Origin: Bdellovibrionota bacterium
GTDB lineage: Bacteria; Bdellovibrionota_C; UBA2361; OMII01
Direction of reading: 5' to 3'
Assembly (NCBI GenBank): GCA_044347025.1
Contig: JBIIYC010000002.1
Coordinates: forward strand, 1 to 38,035
Length of the DNA: 38,035 nucleotides
How positions within the stretch are numbered: the first letter of the stretch is position 1; every line of letters starts with the position of its first letter. Below are positions 5,876 to 14,606 of the stretch, piece by piece. Below the pieces are notes generated by a model that was not told the origin of the DNA, made no database searches, and was given only the letters and a program-made list of their open reading frames with translations. The translations under genes were made by a program, and so were the position numbers.

Positions 5876-8533
5876 CTACCGGGTAAGTACGATCTCAGGA
5901 GAATCCGAGTTTGGGTTGGAGCTTTGCTTCCCTAACTTCCTTTTCCTGGAGGGTGGTGGGGTGGGTTGTTGTGTAACGGCAGACTCTCGCAATTTCCGAT
6001 AAATCGTCGCTGCAAAGCGCTCGCTCCACACTGTTAACGCAGCGGATTCAAATTTTAGATCCGAGTTGATTGCTTGGACGGTCTTGAGAGCGTTCTGCGC
6101 CCAAGCAGATACTTCAGCGAGGATAATTGCTTGTTGCTGAGAGCCAAAGCCTACCTCTAGTTTGCCCAGGTAGGAGTTTGCGTGTAGATGAACCTTTTTC
6201 AGGTCTTCGCTTCGTTCCGCAGCACGCAGAAGCTCAGCATTCTGATCCAGCCGCTTGGCAAGCAGGTTTAGTACCGTCAGTGCGGTTGAAAAGAGAGGCC
6301 CTTTAGCAGCAGCGGATGGGCCAAATTGGGAGGATATCAGGTTACTGAGCTGATCCCATTCTAGCTGATTGGGGCGCTTCTGAATCGTCTGGGCCAGCCG
6401 TACTATCTCGCCGAGGTACCCCTGTAGCTCAGCACCCCATTTGTGGCCGAAGGCCTTCGGCGCCAGCTCCTCCTCCAGCTTTCTGAACGCTTCGCTCTTC
6501 GTTCGCAGGAAGTCGCGGATGTTCTTTGCGATATCATCGGGGGCGAGTTCCCTATGATCTCCACCGCCAAAGTAGGCTAATGCCGCTTTGAAAAGCTCGG
6601 CTGGTGGATTCTCAAGTGGGCGTGTGACCTCGAGGTTCGGAACATACGAGGAGGGGACCTGGAGCTTCGCTTGGCACCGCTCAAGACCGCGTTGTGCCTC
6701 GGAGTGCGAGGGCCACATTGTCAGGGCTTGTTCGAAGTATTGAGCCGCCCTGGCGGTATTAGACAACTCTTCGATTGACGCCAAACCACAAAGCGCCTCG
6801 GGGCGAGTCGGATCGAGTGCCATAGCGGCCTCGAACATGGCGCGAGATTCGACCATTGCTTTTTCTGGCTTAATCCAGCCCTCAATGACGGGTCGAAGAG
6901 TGAGGGTGCCTTGTGTGACAAGGCTGTCATAGGTTGGTCTTGGGATGAGCTCGTCCAGTTTTGAGCTTAAGTTGCTCAACTGGAAGACGTCGCACTCAGC
7001 GTGCGCAGCTTGAAGGATTTGAAGCGCCTCTGGGGTTACCCCGAGCGAAAAGCTGTGTTCAAACCAGTTCTTAACGTTGTCATCATCCACGCCGATGCCC
7101 GTTGCCGTCATGGAGACTGCCTCAAGGCCGATAAGTAACGCGCGCTGTTGGAGCATTGGATCAGTGGCACCCTGATAAGCCTTAACTGCTAATTGGGTTG
7201 CCATATTCCACTGATTATGACCAAGAGCGATGCGAGCTTTTAGCAGCGGGTCCGTAAAAGGCAGGGGAAGTGGATAGGTGGAAGCTATCTCCTGGAGTCT
7301 TTGCAGTCTTGAGCCCTCTTTCGCAGGGGCTTTGACATCTCTTGAAAGCATGGCGATCTCGAACCATAGGTCGCTGCGTAGTCTCTGCCATGCATTCTCC
7401 GGTGTCCATTCCTGTAGTACTTGGTCGGATTTGTCGTCGACCCTAATCTCTACCTCTGAGAGACGACGCAGAAAATTCCCGACAAGCGGGGAATCTACAC
7501 CGAGTTTAATAGCTAGTTCCGCAAGACGAGTGCACTCGCTGACCGAAGATAGACATTTATTCTCCAGCATTCCGCGTAGGGTTAGAAACTCAAGGTCATC
7601 AGCCCCTTGACGACGACAGATCTGGGCAAGGCTACTAAGATCACTTGCAGTTGCGTCCTGACGGTAGAGTAGAGCTTTTACGTAACCAAACGCTTCCGGA
7701 AGATCCCCTGCTTGTAAAGCAGCCTGGCGCAGGCTGATAAGCCCCGCGCGGTCGTGCTGGATGGCAAGAGTCTTCGCTTTTTCATCTGTCTGGGCTGTGC
7801 TTGCGGCAAACGACAGTGCCTCTCTCAGGTTCTTCAGCTCAACGAATGGGTCATGGGATTGGATCTCGTAGATCGTGTTTAGAAGTGCAATCTCCGGAGC
7901 GCTGTTTTGCATAAACGGGGTGCTTTGGAGTGAGCGAGAAAGATCGTCGATAGTTCTCCTTAACTGCTTGCGCGCTACCTCACGAGCTTGATGGCCAGCT
8001 CCGGCGTCTTTGGCTGATTGAAGGCAGTCGTGGAGTGCGTTTAACACAACGATTCGTCCTCTAATGGCAGAGATAAACTCGGAGGGCTTCGCTGTGTTTG
8101 ATGGGGCCAAATTAGGGATTTTCCCGATGATGAGTCCATTGGTGGCGGCATCCACAATTGCGTCAATCTCAGCAGCTATCCTCTGTAAGCCGTTTTCTCG
8201 TTTGACTGAGTTCTCTGTAAGAAATTTCGCAACTTGGGCGGCTGCCGCCTCAGTTTGTTTAATAGTAGCGGCGAGCTGTGAGCGTTTTGCAGCCAGATCG
8301 AGGCCTGATATCTTGTTTGTTTGGGAATCGTGCCGCGTAGCCTCGAGCGAGAGGTTGTAGTTTGTGTCTAACCCAATCCTCAAGTGTACTGAGAGCTCCT
8401 TGGTTAATTGCGAGCCGCCTAATTGCTCAAGAACGTGTAATTGCTCCGCAGTCAGGAGTGCGGAGTATCGCTCGGCGGGTATTGAGACTTTCTTGTCCTG
8501 TATTTCGAGAGCTTTGTTTGTTCTGAAGAACAT
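5876..8533 (-). CDS. Large all-helical orphan protein with TPR-like repeats and a Pro-rich basic C-terminal tail
   Basis: 885 aa with an AAGGA Shine-Dalgarno 8 nt upstream. The start is 18 nt after the stop of the upstream gene, which implies an operon. TPR-like segments include AMFEAAMALDPTRPEALCGLASI and AAQYFEQALTMWPSHSEAQRGLERC. The tail is QQPTPPPSRKRKLGKQSSNPNSD. No signal peptide or TM segment was seen. Confidence 0.8.
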   Translation of the reverse strand: MFFRTNKALEIQDKKVSIPAERYSALLTAEQLHVLEQLGGSQLTKELSVHLRIGLDTNYNLSLEATRHDSQTNKISGLDLAAKRSQLAATIKQTEAAAAQVAKFLTENSVKRENGLQRIAAEIDAIVDAATNGLIIGKIPNLAPSNTAKPSEFISAIRGRIVVLNALHDCLQSAKDAGAGHQAREVARKQLRRTIDDLSRSLQSTPFMQNSAPEIALLNTIYEIQSHDPFVELKNLREALSFAASTAQTDEKAKTLAIQHDRAGLISLRQAALQAGDLPEAFGYVKALLYRQDATASDLSSLAQICRRQGADDLEFLTLRGMLENKCLSSVSECTRLAELAIKLGVDSPLVGNFLRRLSEVEIRVDDKSDQVLQEWTPENAWQRLRSDLWFEIAMLSRDVKAPAKEGSRLQRLQEIASTYPLPLPFTDPLLKARIALGHNQWNMATQLAVKAYQGATDPMLQQRALLIGLEAVSMTATGIGVDDDNVKNWFEHSFSLGVTPEALQILQAAHAECDVFQLSNLSSKLDELIPRPTYDSLVTQGTLTLRPVIEGWIKPEKAMVESRAMFEAAMALDPTRPEALCGLASIEELSNTARAAQYFEQALTMWPSHSEAQRGLERCQAKLQVPSSYVPNLEVTRPLENPPAELFKAALAYFGGGDHRELAPDDIAKNIRDFLRTKSEAFRKLEEELAPKAFGHKWGAELQGYLGEIVRLAQTIQKRPNQLEWDQLSNLISSQFGPSAAAKGPLFSTALTVLNLLAKRLDQNAELLRAAERSEDLKKVHLHANSYLGKLEVGFGSQQQAIILAEVSAWAQNALKTVQAINSDLKFESAALTVWSERFAATIYRKLRESAVTQQPTPPPSRKRKLGKQSSNPNSDSPEIVLTR

Positions 8534-8551
8534 GGCGTAATCCTTTTGGTG

Positions 8552-9712
8552 CTAATCAGTATAAGTGCTCTGTTTCTTTGCGTTCCCATTAACCGCCTCA
8601 TCAAGCATGCGCGCCAGCTTTTCAAGCGCGCTTCTCTCTGCTCGGTACGTTCCGTATAGTGCCGTTTCAATTGCGTCGTAAGTAGGCATCAACTCATCTG
8701 GCACCTGTCTCCGAATCTCATTTCGGTGCGGAGCGTATTCCTTCATTCCTACAAAGAGACCCACAGAGCTAGCAGCGACTACTTTAGCCAGCGTGGCGAT
8801 TCGGTGCCAACGTAGGGGGGAGTTCGGTGTAGTTGGAGCACCGGCATGGGGGTCTTTGTTCGTATTTTGGAGAGCCTGCTTTCGGGTGGTTTCCGCACTG
8901 GCTGAGCGCGCCGTCCAATAGCCCGGTAGGTCAGCCGAGGGGCCTCCTGGGCTTGTTTGCACCTCACGTTTCTCGTCGGTATCGCTTTTTGGTAGGCAGG
9001 TACGCCCTTCCTCAATATGTCCTCCAATAGAATCTAATGCTCGTCCATCTTGGTGGGCTATATCTTTAGAACTCGGCGAAGAAACCAAGCACGTTTTACT
9101 TGGAATTGGCTCTGCTGATTTGCTGACTGTGAGTAATAGGCTGGTATCCTCCTCGAGGATCTCCTCCTTGGGCTGATTGATCGTTACCGATTTACGTTTA
9201 GCCGCTGGCTCTGGTTCACGTTTCTTAGACTCTGCTGACGGCGAAGGGAGCGTTGCAGCGCTGAGGTTAATCGCGGGGGCGGGCGCCATTGTTTGTGCTG
9301 GAGTATGCCCAAGCTGCCTAAGGAGAACGAGGCGTTTATGTGGATTCTGGAGAGCAGAAATAATCTCACGAGCGCCCGCGTTCAATTTGGTGAATAGCCG
9401 TGTATGGAAGTCGGGCGGAAGATCTGGATGATGAGCGCATAGTGCCGGATTCAATCGACTTTGGAGTTGTTGATGGCGGGACGCTATCTCGGAGGACCTC
9501 ATCTGTTCGAGATCGTGTGGTGCTACGTTGAGCATAAATAGTTCGCCGGTCACCGAGTTCAACGAGCTCAAAGCCTGCTTCCCCTTGTCGATAAGTTTCA
9601 CTATATCGGGGTCACTCTTTGAAGATGACACAGAGGAGAGTCTTGCGACTGAACGGGCAGGGTTCTCTCGGGGAGTGTCGGTCTTGTGATTGGGCAATTC
9701 GATAGATGGCAT
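8552..9712 (-). CDS. Orphan protein, largely low-complexity/disordered (Ser/Pro/Lys-rich) with one hydrophobic segment near the C-terminus
   Basis: 386 aa with an AGGAGA Shine-Dalgarno 9 nt upstream of the ATG. The hydrophobic stretch is IATLAKVVAASSVGLFVGM and there is a basic cluster KKREPEPAAKRK. I recognise no family. Confidence 0.65.
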   Translation of the reverse strand: MPSIELPNHKTDTPRENPARSVARLSSVSSSKSDPDIVKLIDKGKQALSSLNSVTGELFMLNVAPHDLEQMRSSEIASRHQQLQSRLNPALCAHHPDLPPDFHTRLFTKLNAGAREIISALQNPHKRLVLLRQLGHTPAQTMAPAPAINLSAATLPSPSAESKKREPEPAAKRKSVTINQPKEEILEEDTSLLLTVSKSAEPIPSKTCLVSSPSSKDIAHQDGRALDSIGGHIEEGRTCLPKSDTDEKREVQTSPGGPSADLPGYWTARSASAETTRKQALQNTNKDPHAGAPTTPNSPLRWHRIATLAKVVAASSVGLFVGMKEYAPHRNEIRRQVPDELMPTYDAIETALYGTYRAERSALEKLARMLDEAVNGNAKKQSTYTD

Positions 9713-9913
9713 ACGGTGCGCTCTCCTAAATCGACATGAATCCTACGTGATAAACTTCTTGGGGCCTTCTGTTCATGAATTCGGTAAAAAACAGAATGTA
9801 CAGGGGTATTTCAGTTGTCGGCGGTGATGAGCGAAGAAAGTAGCTGCGAGGAGACCTGACGAAAGAAACCTTCAGGGTGTCAACGCAAATATCCTGCAGC
9901 TACGAGTTGAGTT

Positions 9914-10195
9914 TTATCTCCTAGGCGGAAGTAAGCGCATGTTTTCATGGCGCTTTTCCCTCCTCTTGGCACTCACCGTCACTAGTAGTAAACCGATCGC
10001 CGCAACTGCCCCCGGTGGACCACCCCAAATGAACATCGCCGCAAGGGCAATGGCCGTCAAAGGAGTGGGCAGTGCGAGGATAACAGCGCTTACGATCGAG
10101 TATGCGAGGCTGATGATCAGCCCGGCCGTGAGGATGCCAACGAGTGAGAGCAAAATGCTGATCACTCCCAGCCATCCGAAGAAGTTTCTTGTCAT
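9914..10195 (-). CDS. Small hydrophobic membrane protein (about 3 TM segments)
   Basis: 93 aa. FFGWLGVISILLSLVGILTAGLIISLAYSIVSAVILALPTPLTAIALAAMFIWGGPPGAVAAIGLLLVTV is followed by a basic tail. No Shine-Dalgarno was seen, and the overlapping plus-strand ORF looks less protein-like. Confidence 0.45.
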   Translation of the reverse strand: MTRNFFGWLGVISILLSLVGILTAGLIISLAYSIVSAVILALPTPLTAIALAAMFIWGGPPGAVAAIGLLLVTVSAKRREKRHENMRLLPPRR

Positions 10196-10534
10196 GATGT
10201 GTAGGTATTGTGTTGTTTGTTTTGTTGAGGCATCCCCACTTTCGTAGGGAAAAAAACGCGTGTAACAGAACCTTTGTCAGATCTCCGTCGCAACGCTGGC
10301 GACGTGGTTAGTCGTCAACGTTGCGGCGGATGCAAGCCATCCATCTACCCAGACCAGATTGAGAAAGAATACACACCGACGAGTAACGCAATAATGCGAT
10401 AGATCGCGGGGGATAACGGGAAGGTACGGGAGTACGAGATTGAGATCCACAATAAACAGCGATCCTGAATCCATCTCCGGAATCGATTCCGGAATCAAGG
10501 CAGTGCAGCGCGCATGATCGAGTTCGTTAGGGCA

Positions 10535-11383
10535 TTACAGCGTGCCATGCCGCGCCATATAGAGTCCCAGGATGCGAACATCGCTGGCGTACCTTTCTGC
10601 CTCTGCGATAGCCTTTGTAAGATCGTTTGAAGCGTGCTCGGGACACTCGAGGTCGATGTGAAAGGCGTATTCAAACGGCTTGCCTGCAACCGGACGAGAT
10701 TCCAGCTTAGTCAGGTTTATGGTGAGGTTTGCAAAGAGCCCCAAGAGTTTGTAGAGGCTTCCCGGTTCGTGTCGCAGAGATACTACCATCGAACACTTTG
10801 TTGGAGCGGCGCATGGCATCGGCTCGGCCGCGATAGCAACGAAACGGGTCGCATTCGTTGCGTGGTTTTGGATCGATTCCTGTACAATCGGAAGAGCGTA
10901 TTCCTCGGATGCTTCTTGGCTTGCGATCGCTGCATTTGCAGGGTCTTTGGATTGAGCTACTTGGAAGGCCGCACCCGCGGTGTCGGAGCATACAACGGCG
11001 GTGATGTGAGGGTGGCTCTCAAGGAAGCGTGAGCACTGCTCCAGCGCCTTTGGATGCGAGAATACCCTGGTGATTCCTTTCAGGGGCCCTGAACACAGAA
11101 GGTGAAGGTGGACCGGGCAATAGTACTCATCAATGACAAAACACCGATACTCTTGGAGGAGATCGTAGTTTTCATGCACCGAGCCGGCGAGTGCATTTTC
11201 AATCGGAACCACCCCTATATCGGCGCGACCTTGGATAATATGCTCAAATATCTCCCGAAAACGGGTGGTTTGCAGGGGGGCGCTCGGCGGGCCGTACAGA
11301 GCCCGAGCGGCCATACTACTAAACGAGCCAGTGATTCCTTGGTAGGCTATCCTCTTTTCCATGAATAGGGGATGATACCGCAT
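10535..11383 (-). CDS. pheA: Prephenate dehydratase (PDT plus ACT domains)
   Basis: Evidence is IAYQGITGSFSSMAA, the TRF motif (NATRFVAI), and the ACT region LTKLESRPVAGKPFEYAFHIDLE. The track ORF extends to 11512 but would overlap kdsB by 120 bp, so ATG 11383 or 11362 is the more likely start. Confidence 0.85.
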   Translation of the reverse strand: MRYHPLFMEKRIAYQGITGSFSSMAARALYGPPSAPLQTTRFREIFEHIIQGRADIGVVPIENALAGSVHENYDLLQEYRCFVIDEYYCPVHLHLLCSGPLKGITRVFSHPKALEQCSRFLESHPHITAVVCSDTAGAAFQVAQSKDPANAAIASQEASEEYALPIVQESIQNHATNATRFVAIAAEPMPCAAPTKCSMVVSLRHEPGSLYKLLGLFANLTINLTKLESRPVAGKPFEYAFHIDLECPEHASNDLTKAIAEAERYASDVRILGLYMARHGTL

Positions 11384-11390
11384 ACATTCT

Positions 11391-12176
11391 ATGAAAACCA
11401 TTGTTGTTATACCGGCCCGGTATGGGTCATCGAGATTTCCCGGTAAGCCGCTGGCGATGGTCGCGGGGCGCAGTCTTTTGGAACGCGTCTGGCGAATCGG
11501 CAAAGCCGTCACCGGTGTTGATGCGGTTTATGTCGCCACCGATGACGTGCGGATTGCAGACCATGTTGCACACTTCGGCGGTGAGGCGATTATGACCGCT
11601 TCGGAGTGTCGGAACGGTTCTGAGCGTGTGTGGGATGCTGTCAATAAGCTCCAGGAGAAGCCGGGGATCGTCATCAATCTGCAGGGTGATGCAGCGTTGA
11701 TGCCTCCTTGGATTATCGGCTCTCTCGTTACAGAGATGCAGCGTGATAGCTCAGTACAGATTGCGACTCCCGCGACGCAGCTTAGTAGAGCGCAGTACGA
11801 AGCGATGCTATCGATCAAATCGTCGGGGGTAGTCTCCGGAACGACGGTGACGTTTTCGAGGGCTCATGATGCACTCTACTTTTCGAAGGGGATTATCCCG
11901 TTTATTAGAGAGTGGTCCCAGGGCGAGGTGAGTCCGGTGTTCCAACATATCGGGGTGTACGCGTACACGTATGAGTCGTTAGGACGCTACATATCCTTGC
12001 CCATGGGGAGGCTTGAAGAGGTGGAGCAGCTTGAGCAGCTCCGTGCTCTTGAGCATGGGATGCCGGTTCGAGTCGTAGAAGTTTCGCTGCAGGGGCGTAC
12101 AATGTGGTCGATAGATAATCCTCAGGATGTAGCTCGGGTTGAGCAGATTATCGCCTCTGAAGGGGAGCTGGTATGA
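11391..12176 (+). CDS. kdsB: 3-deoxy-manno-octulosonate cytidylyltransferase (CMP-Kdo synthetase)
   Basis: The N-terminus MKTIVVIPARYGSSRFPGKPLAMVAGRSLLERVW plus IVINLQGDAALMPP and EQLEQLRALEHG are classical KdsB signatures. Confidence 0.9.
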   Translation: MKTIVVIPARYGSSRFPGKPLAMVAGRSLLERVWRIGKAVTGVDAVYVATDDVRIADHVAHFGGEAIMTASECRNGSERVWDAVNKLQEKPGIVINLQGDAALMPPWIIGSLVTEMQRDSSVQIATPATQLSRAQYEAMLSIKSSGVVSGTTVTFSRAHDALYFSKGIIPFIREWSQGEVSPVFQHIGVYAYTYESLGRYISLPMGRLEEVEQLEQLRALEHGMPVRVVEVSLQGRTMWSIDNPQDVARVEQIIASEGELV

Positions 12177-12802
12177 GGCGTCTCGTTCTGTTGTGCCGCC
12201 ATGGTAACACCTTCAGTCGAGGTGAGAAGGTTGTGATGGTAGGAGCACGTGAGGATCTCTCGCTTACGGAATTCGGCCGGGAACAGGGGGTGCTCATGGG
12301 TGCCGCAATCAGGAGTGCGAAGGTTTATATTGATGACGTATGCACCGGTCCGTTGAAAAGAACACGAGAGTACGCAGAGATTATCCGAGCTACAGCGCAG
12401 ATCTCCGCTTTAGTGACGGTGGACCAGCGTCTAATTGAGCTTGACTATGGTGCCTGGGGCGGACTCTCCGATGACGAGATTGTAAAGCTCTCCGGTGAAG
12501 AGGCGCTTCGTCGATGGCATCACGAAAGTATTCGTCCCTCTGATGTACCATTCATTCCGAGTGAGGAGGTGCTTCGAGCTGAGTGTCTCTCGTTTTTACG
12601 TGATATCTCGCAGAGTCATGGAGTATCACTCGTAGTGACGAGTAACGGACGGCTCCGAGAGTTCGGTAAGATTATAGCTCCTGTTGAGGGCGCTTCCTAT
12701 AAGGTGCGCACTGGTTGCGGTTCGCTTATTGAATGGGCCGATGATCGATGGAAGATTCTTGCATGGGATTGTGAGCCAGAGGAGTTGGGGCGGCTCCTGT
12801 GA
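12173..12802 (+). CDS. Histidine-phosphatase (phosphoglycerate-mutase-like) superfamily protein with an atypical second catalytic position
   Basis: An RHG motif is present (LLCRHGNTF). The start overlaps the kdsB stop as ATGA, which implies translational coupling. The position normally reading vvSHGg reads LVVTSNGRLR, so Asn stands where the second catalytic His is expected. Confidence 0.7.
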   Translation: MRRLVLLCRHGNTFSRGEKVVMVGAREDLSLTEFGREQGVLMGAAIRSAKVYIDDVCTGPLKRTREYAEIIRATAQISALVTVDQRLIELDYGAWGGLSDDEIVKLSGEEALRRWHHESIRPSDVPFIPSEEVLRAECLSFLRDISQSHGVSLVVTSNGRLREFGKIIAPVEGASYKVRTGCGSLIEWADDRWKILAWDCEPEELGRLL

Positions 12803-12838
12803 AAGCGCACGCACCAATCACCTCGTTGCGCGCGCACC

Positions 12839-13681
12839 TCACATCGAATATCTGGCTGAAGACTCTCGAATCGGGACATGCTGTGTCGACCCGTCTTTCA
12901 GTGTAATCAGTACGATTGACTTATCGGGATACTGCGCCCCGGATTTAGAGAAGCGGAAGTGTTCGCGATCGCCATTGCCGACACCGGAGAAGCTGCCTTT
13001 GCCAAGAATCTTCGTCTTGTCTGGCGAAAGGATTACGACGTTCTTAATCTTTCCTGTTAGTTTGGGTGGAGTCAGAATTGCGAGCTTTCCATCTTTATCG
13101 GATACCGGTTTCCATAAGAATTGCCCGGAGCCCTTGAGGCGAGTTCCAATAGTGTACTGCTTCGTGGACGTGATTGGTCGCGGTGCGTCCGAAAGATCGG
13201 GGATCTGTTCCTGCGCATCGATAGGCACGGTTGCCGCGCCCGGTGGGTTGCCATCGCTCGTTGATGCAATCTGTGATGTATCGGGCGGAGTTACAGAGGA
13301 GCTCTCAAGATCAGGAATGATGAGTCCGGGCTCCTGATCGACCGGGGCGAGCCAAGGCTCTGCCGGGATAGGAGAGGAAGTTTGAGTGGGTGCGGTAGTA
13401 TTAGCGGGGGCGTTCGGTGTGGTGGTGGCCTTGGTAGCATTCCGTTGTTGCAGTACGAGGGCCAAGGCTTCAAGCATGCGAGTAACGGAGTCAAATATCT
13501 TTTGTAGCTTGGTGAGCGAGAATCCCTGTGGGGCTTTTCCCTTTGCAGTGATGGGAAGTTTAAGCTCGGTGGGTAGTGCATTCGTGCTGAGGGATGCATT
13601 GCTGGTGATGGCTTTAGCGGTCTCAGTATCCTGAGGTTCAAGAAGTGGCAGGTAGTTTGCCGAATCAACGGATAGGATCAT
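12839..13681 (-). CDS. Hypothetical protein with a Thr/Pro-rich disordered middle and a Lys-rich beta-type C-terminal domain
   Basis: The track ORF starts at TTG 13774. I prefer ATG 13681, which has GGAGA 7 nt upstream. The C-terminal domain is GQFLWKPVSDKDGKLAILTPPKLTGKIKNVVILSPDKTKILGKGSFSGVGNGDREHFRFSKSGAQYPDKSIVLITLKDG. The antisense ORF 12684..13337 is Cys/Arg-rich and unlikely to be real. Confidence 0.6.
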   Translation of the reverse strand: MILSVDSANYLPLLEPQDTETAKAITSNASLSTNALPTELKLPITAKGKAPQGFSLTKLQKIFDSVTRMLEALALVLQQRNATKATTTPNAPANTTAPTQTSSPIPAEPWLAPVDQEPGLIIPDLESSSVTPPDTSQIASTSDGNPPGAATVPIDAQEQIPDLSDAPRPITSTKQYTIGTRLKGSGQFLWKPVSDKDGKLAILTPPKLTGKIKNVVILSPDKTKILGKGSFSGVGNGDREHFRFSKSGAQYPDKSIVLITLKDGSTQHVPIRESSARYSM

Positions 13682-13825
13682 ACAGGGCTCTCCAGTGATA
13701 TGTAGACGACTGCATCGATTGGGATGCGTGCTGCTATATTCGGATACCGGAAGTAAAAGTTGCGTGGATCTCAAGAGCGTTAGGTGACGCGTGTACGAGG
13801 AGAGGAGCTGTCGACCCTTATCGTA

Positions 13826-14347
13826 CAGGTGTATTGCCAGTCCGCTGCTCTACCGAATGGGTTCATCTTTATGGGGTGATTCAAGAGTATGAAGTGTGTG
13901 CCCAAGGCCGGAATCGAACCAGCGACCAGGCGTATTGCCAGTCCGCTGCTCTACCAAATGGGGTCATCTTTATGGGGTGATTCAAGAGTATGAAGTGTGT
14001 GCCCAAGGCCTGCATCGAACCAGCGACCAGGCGTATTGCCAGTCCGCTGCTCTACCAAATGGATGATTGAAGGAAAAAGGGTGTGCCCAAGGCCGGACTC
14101 GAATCAGCGACCAGGCGTATTGCCAGTCCGCTGCTCTACCAACTGAAGAATCGGGGATTGGATGATTGAAGGGAAAAAAGGTGTGCCCAAGGCCGGAATC
14201 GAAACAGCGACCGGGCGTATTGCCAGTCCGCTGCTCTACCAAATGGGGTCATCTTTATGGGGTGATTCAAGAGTATGAAGGGTGTGCCCAAGGCCTGCAT
14301 CGAACCAGCGACCAGGCGTATTGCCAGTCCGCTGCTCTACCAACTGA
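13826..14347 (-). repeat. Tandem array of six 5'-truncated tRNA-Phe-like pseudo-copies interleaved with recurring spacers
   Basis: The tRNA-homologous units are 13826..13857 (partial), 13899..13957, 14000..14058, 14084..14146, 14184..14242 and 14285..14347. On the minus strand each reads (TCAGT)TGGTAGAGCAGCGGACTGGCAATACGCCTGGTCGCTGGTTCGATTCCGGCCTTGGGCA, i.e. D-loop to 3' end, with no 5' acceptor strand. The spacers recur: one class is ggtcatctttatggggtgattcaagagtatgaag and another is agaatcggggattggatgattgaagggaaaagg. Confidence 0.85.
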
Positions 14348-14384
14348 AGAATCGGGGATTGGATGATTGAAGGGAAAAGGTGTG

Positions 14385-14457
<73 letters not shown>

Positions 14458-14606
14458 GTAGGTTGGTTAACCGTAGGGGTGAATGGTTATCACGGCTGGG
14501 AGGGAATAACAAGAGATCCAGGTTAATCAGGGGGATAAAGCTGCTCAGAAGGTGATATGAGGAAGCTCGAAAGCCTCCTGTGAGCCCTCTAACCCCCGAT
14601 TTGGGA

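Noticed and set aside
12684-13337. A 217-aa plus-strand ORF overlapping the 12839..13681 gene.
   Set aside because: It is antisense to a better ORF, and its Cys/Arg/Ser-rich composition is typical of a shadow frame.
13826-14347. The repeat-spacer appearance of the tRNA-fragment array suggested a CRISPR array.
   Set aside because: The repeats are ~60 nt and clearly tRNA-derived. The spacers themselves recur in 2-3 classes rather than being unique. No cas genes or leader were seen in the window.
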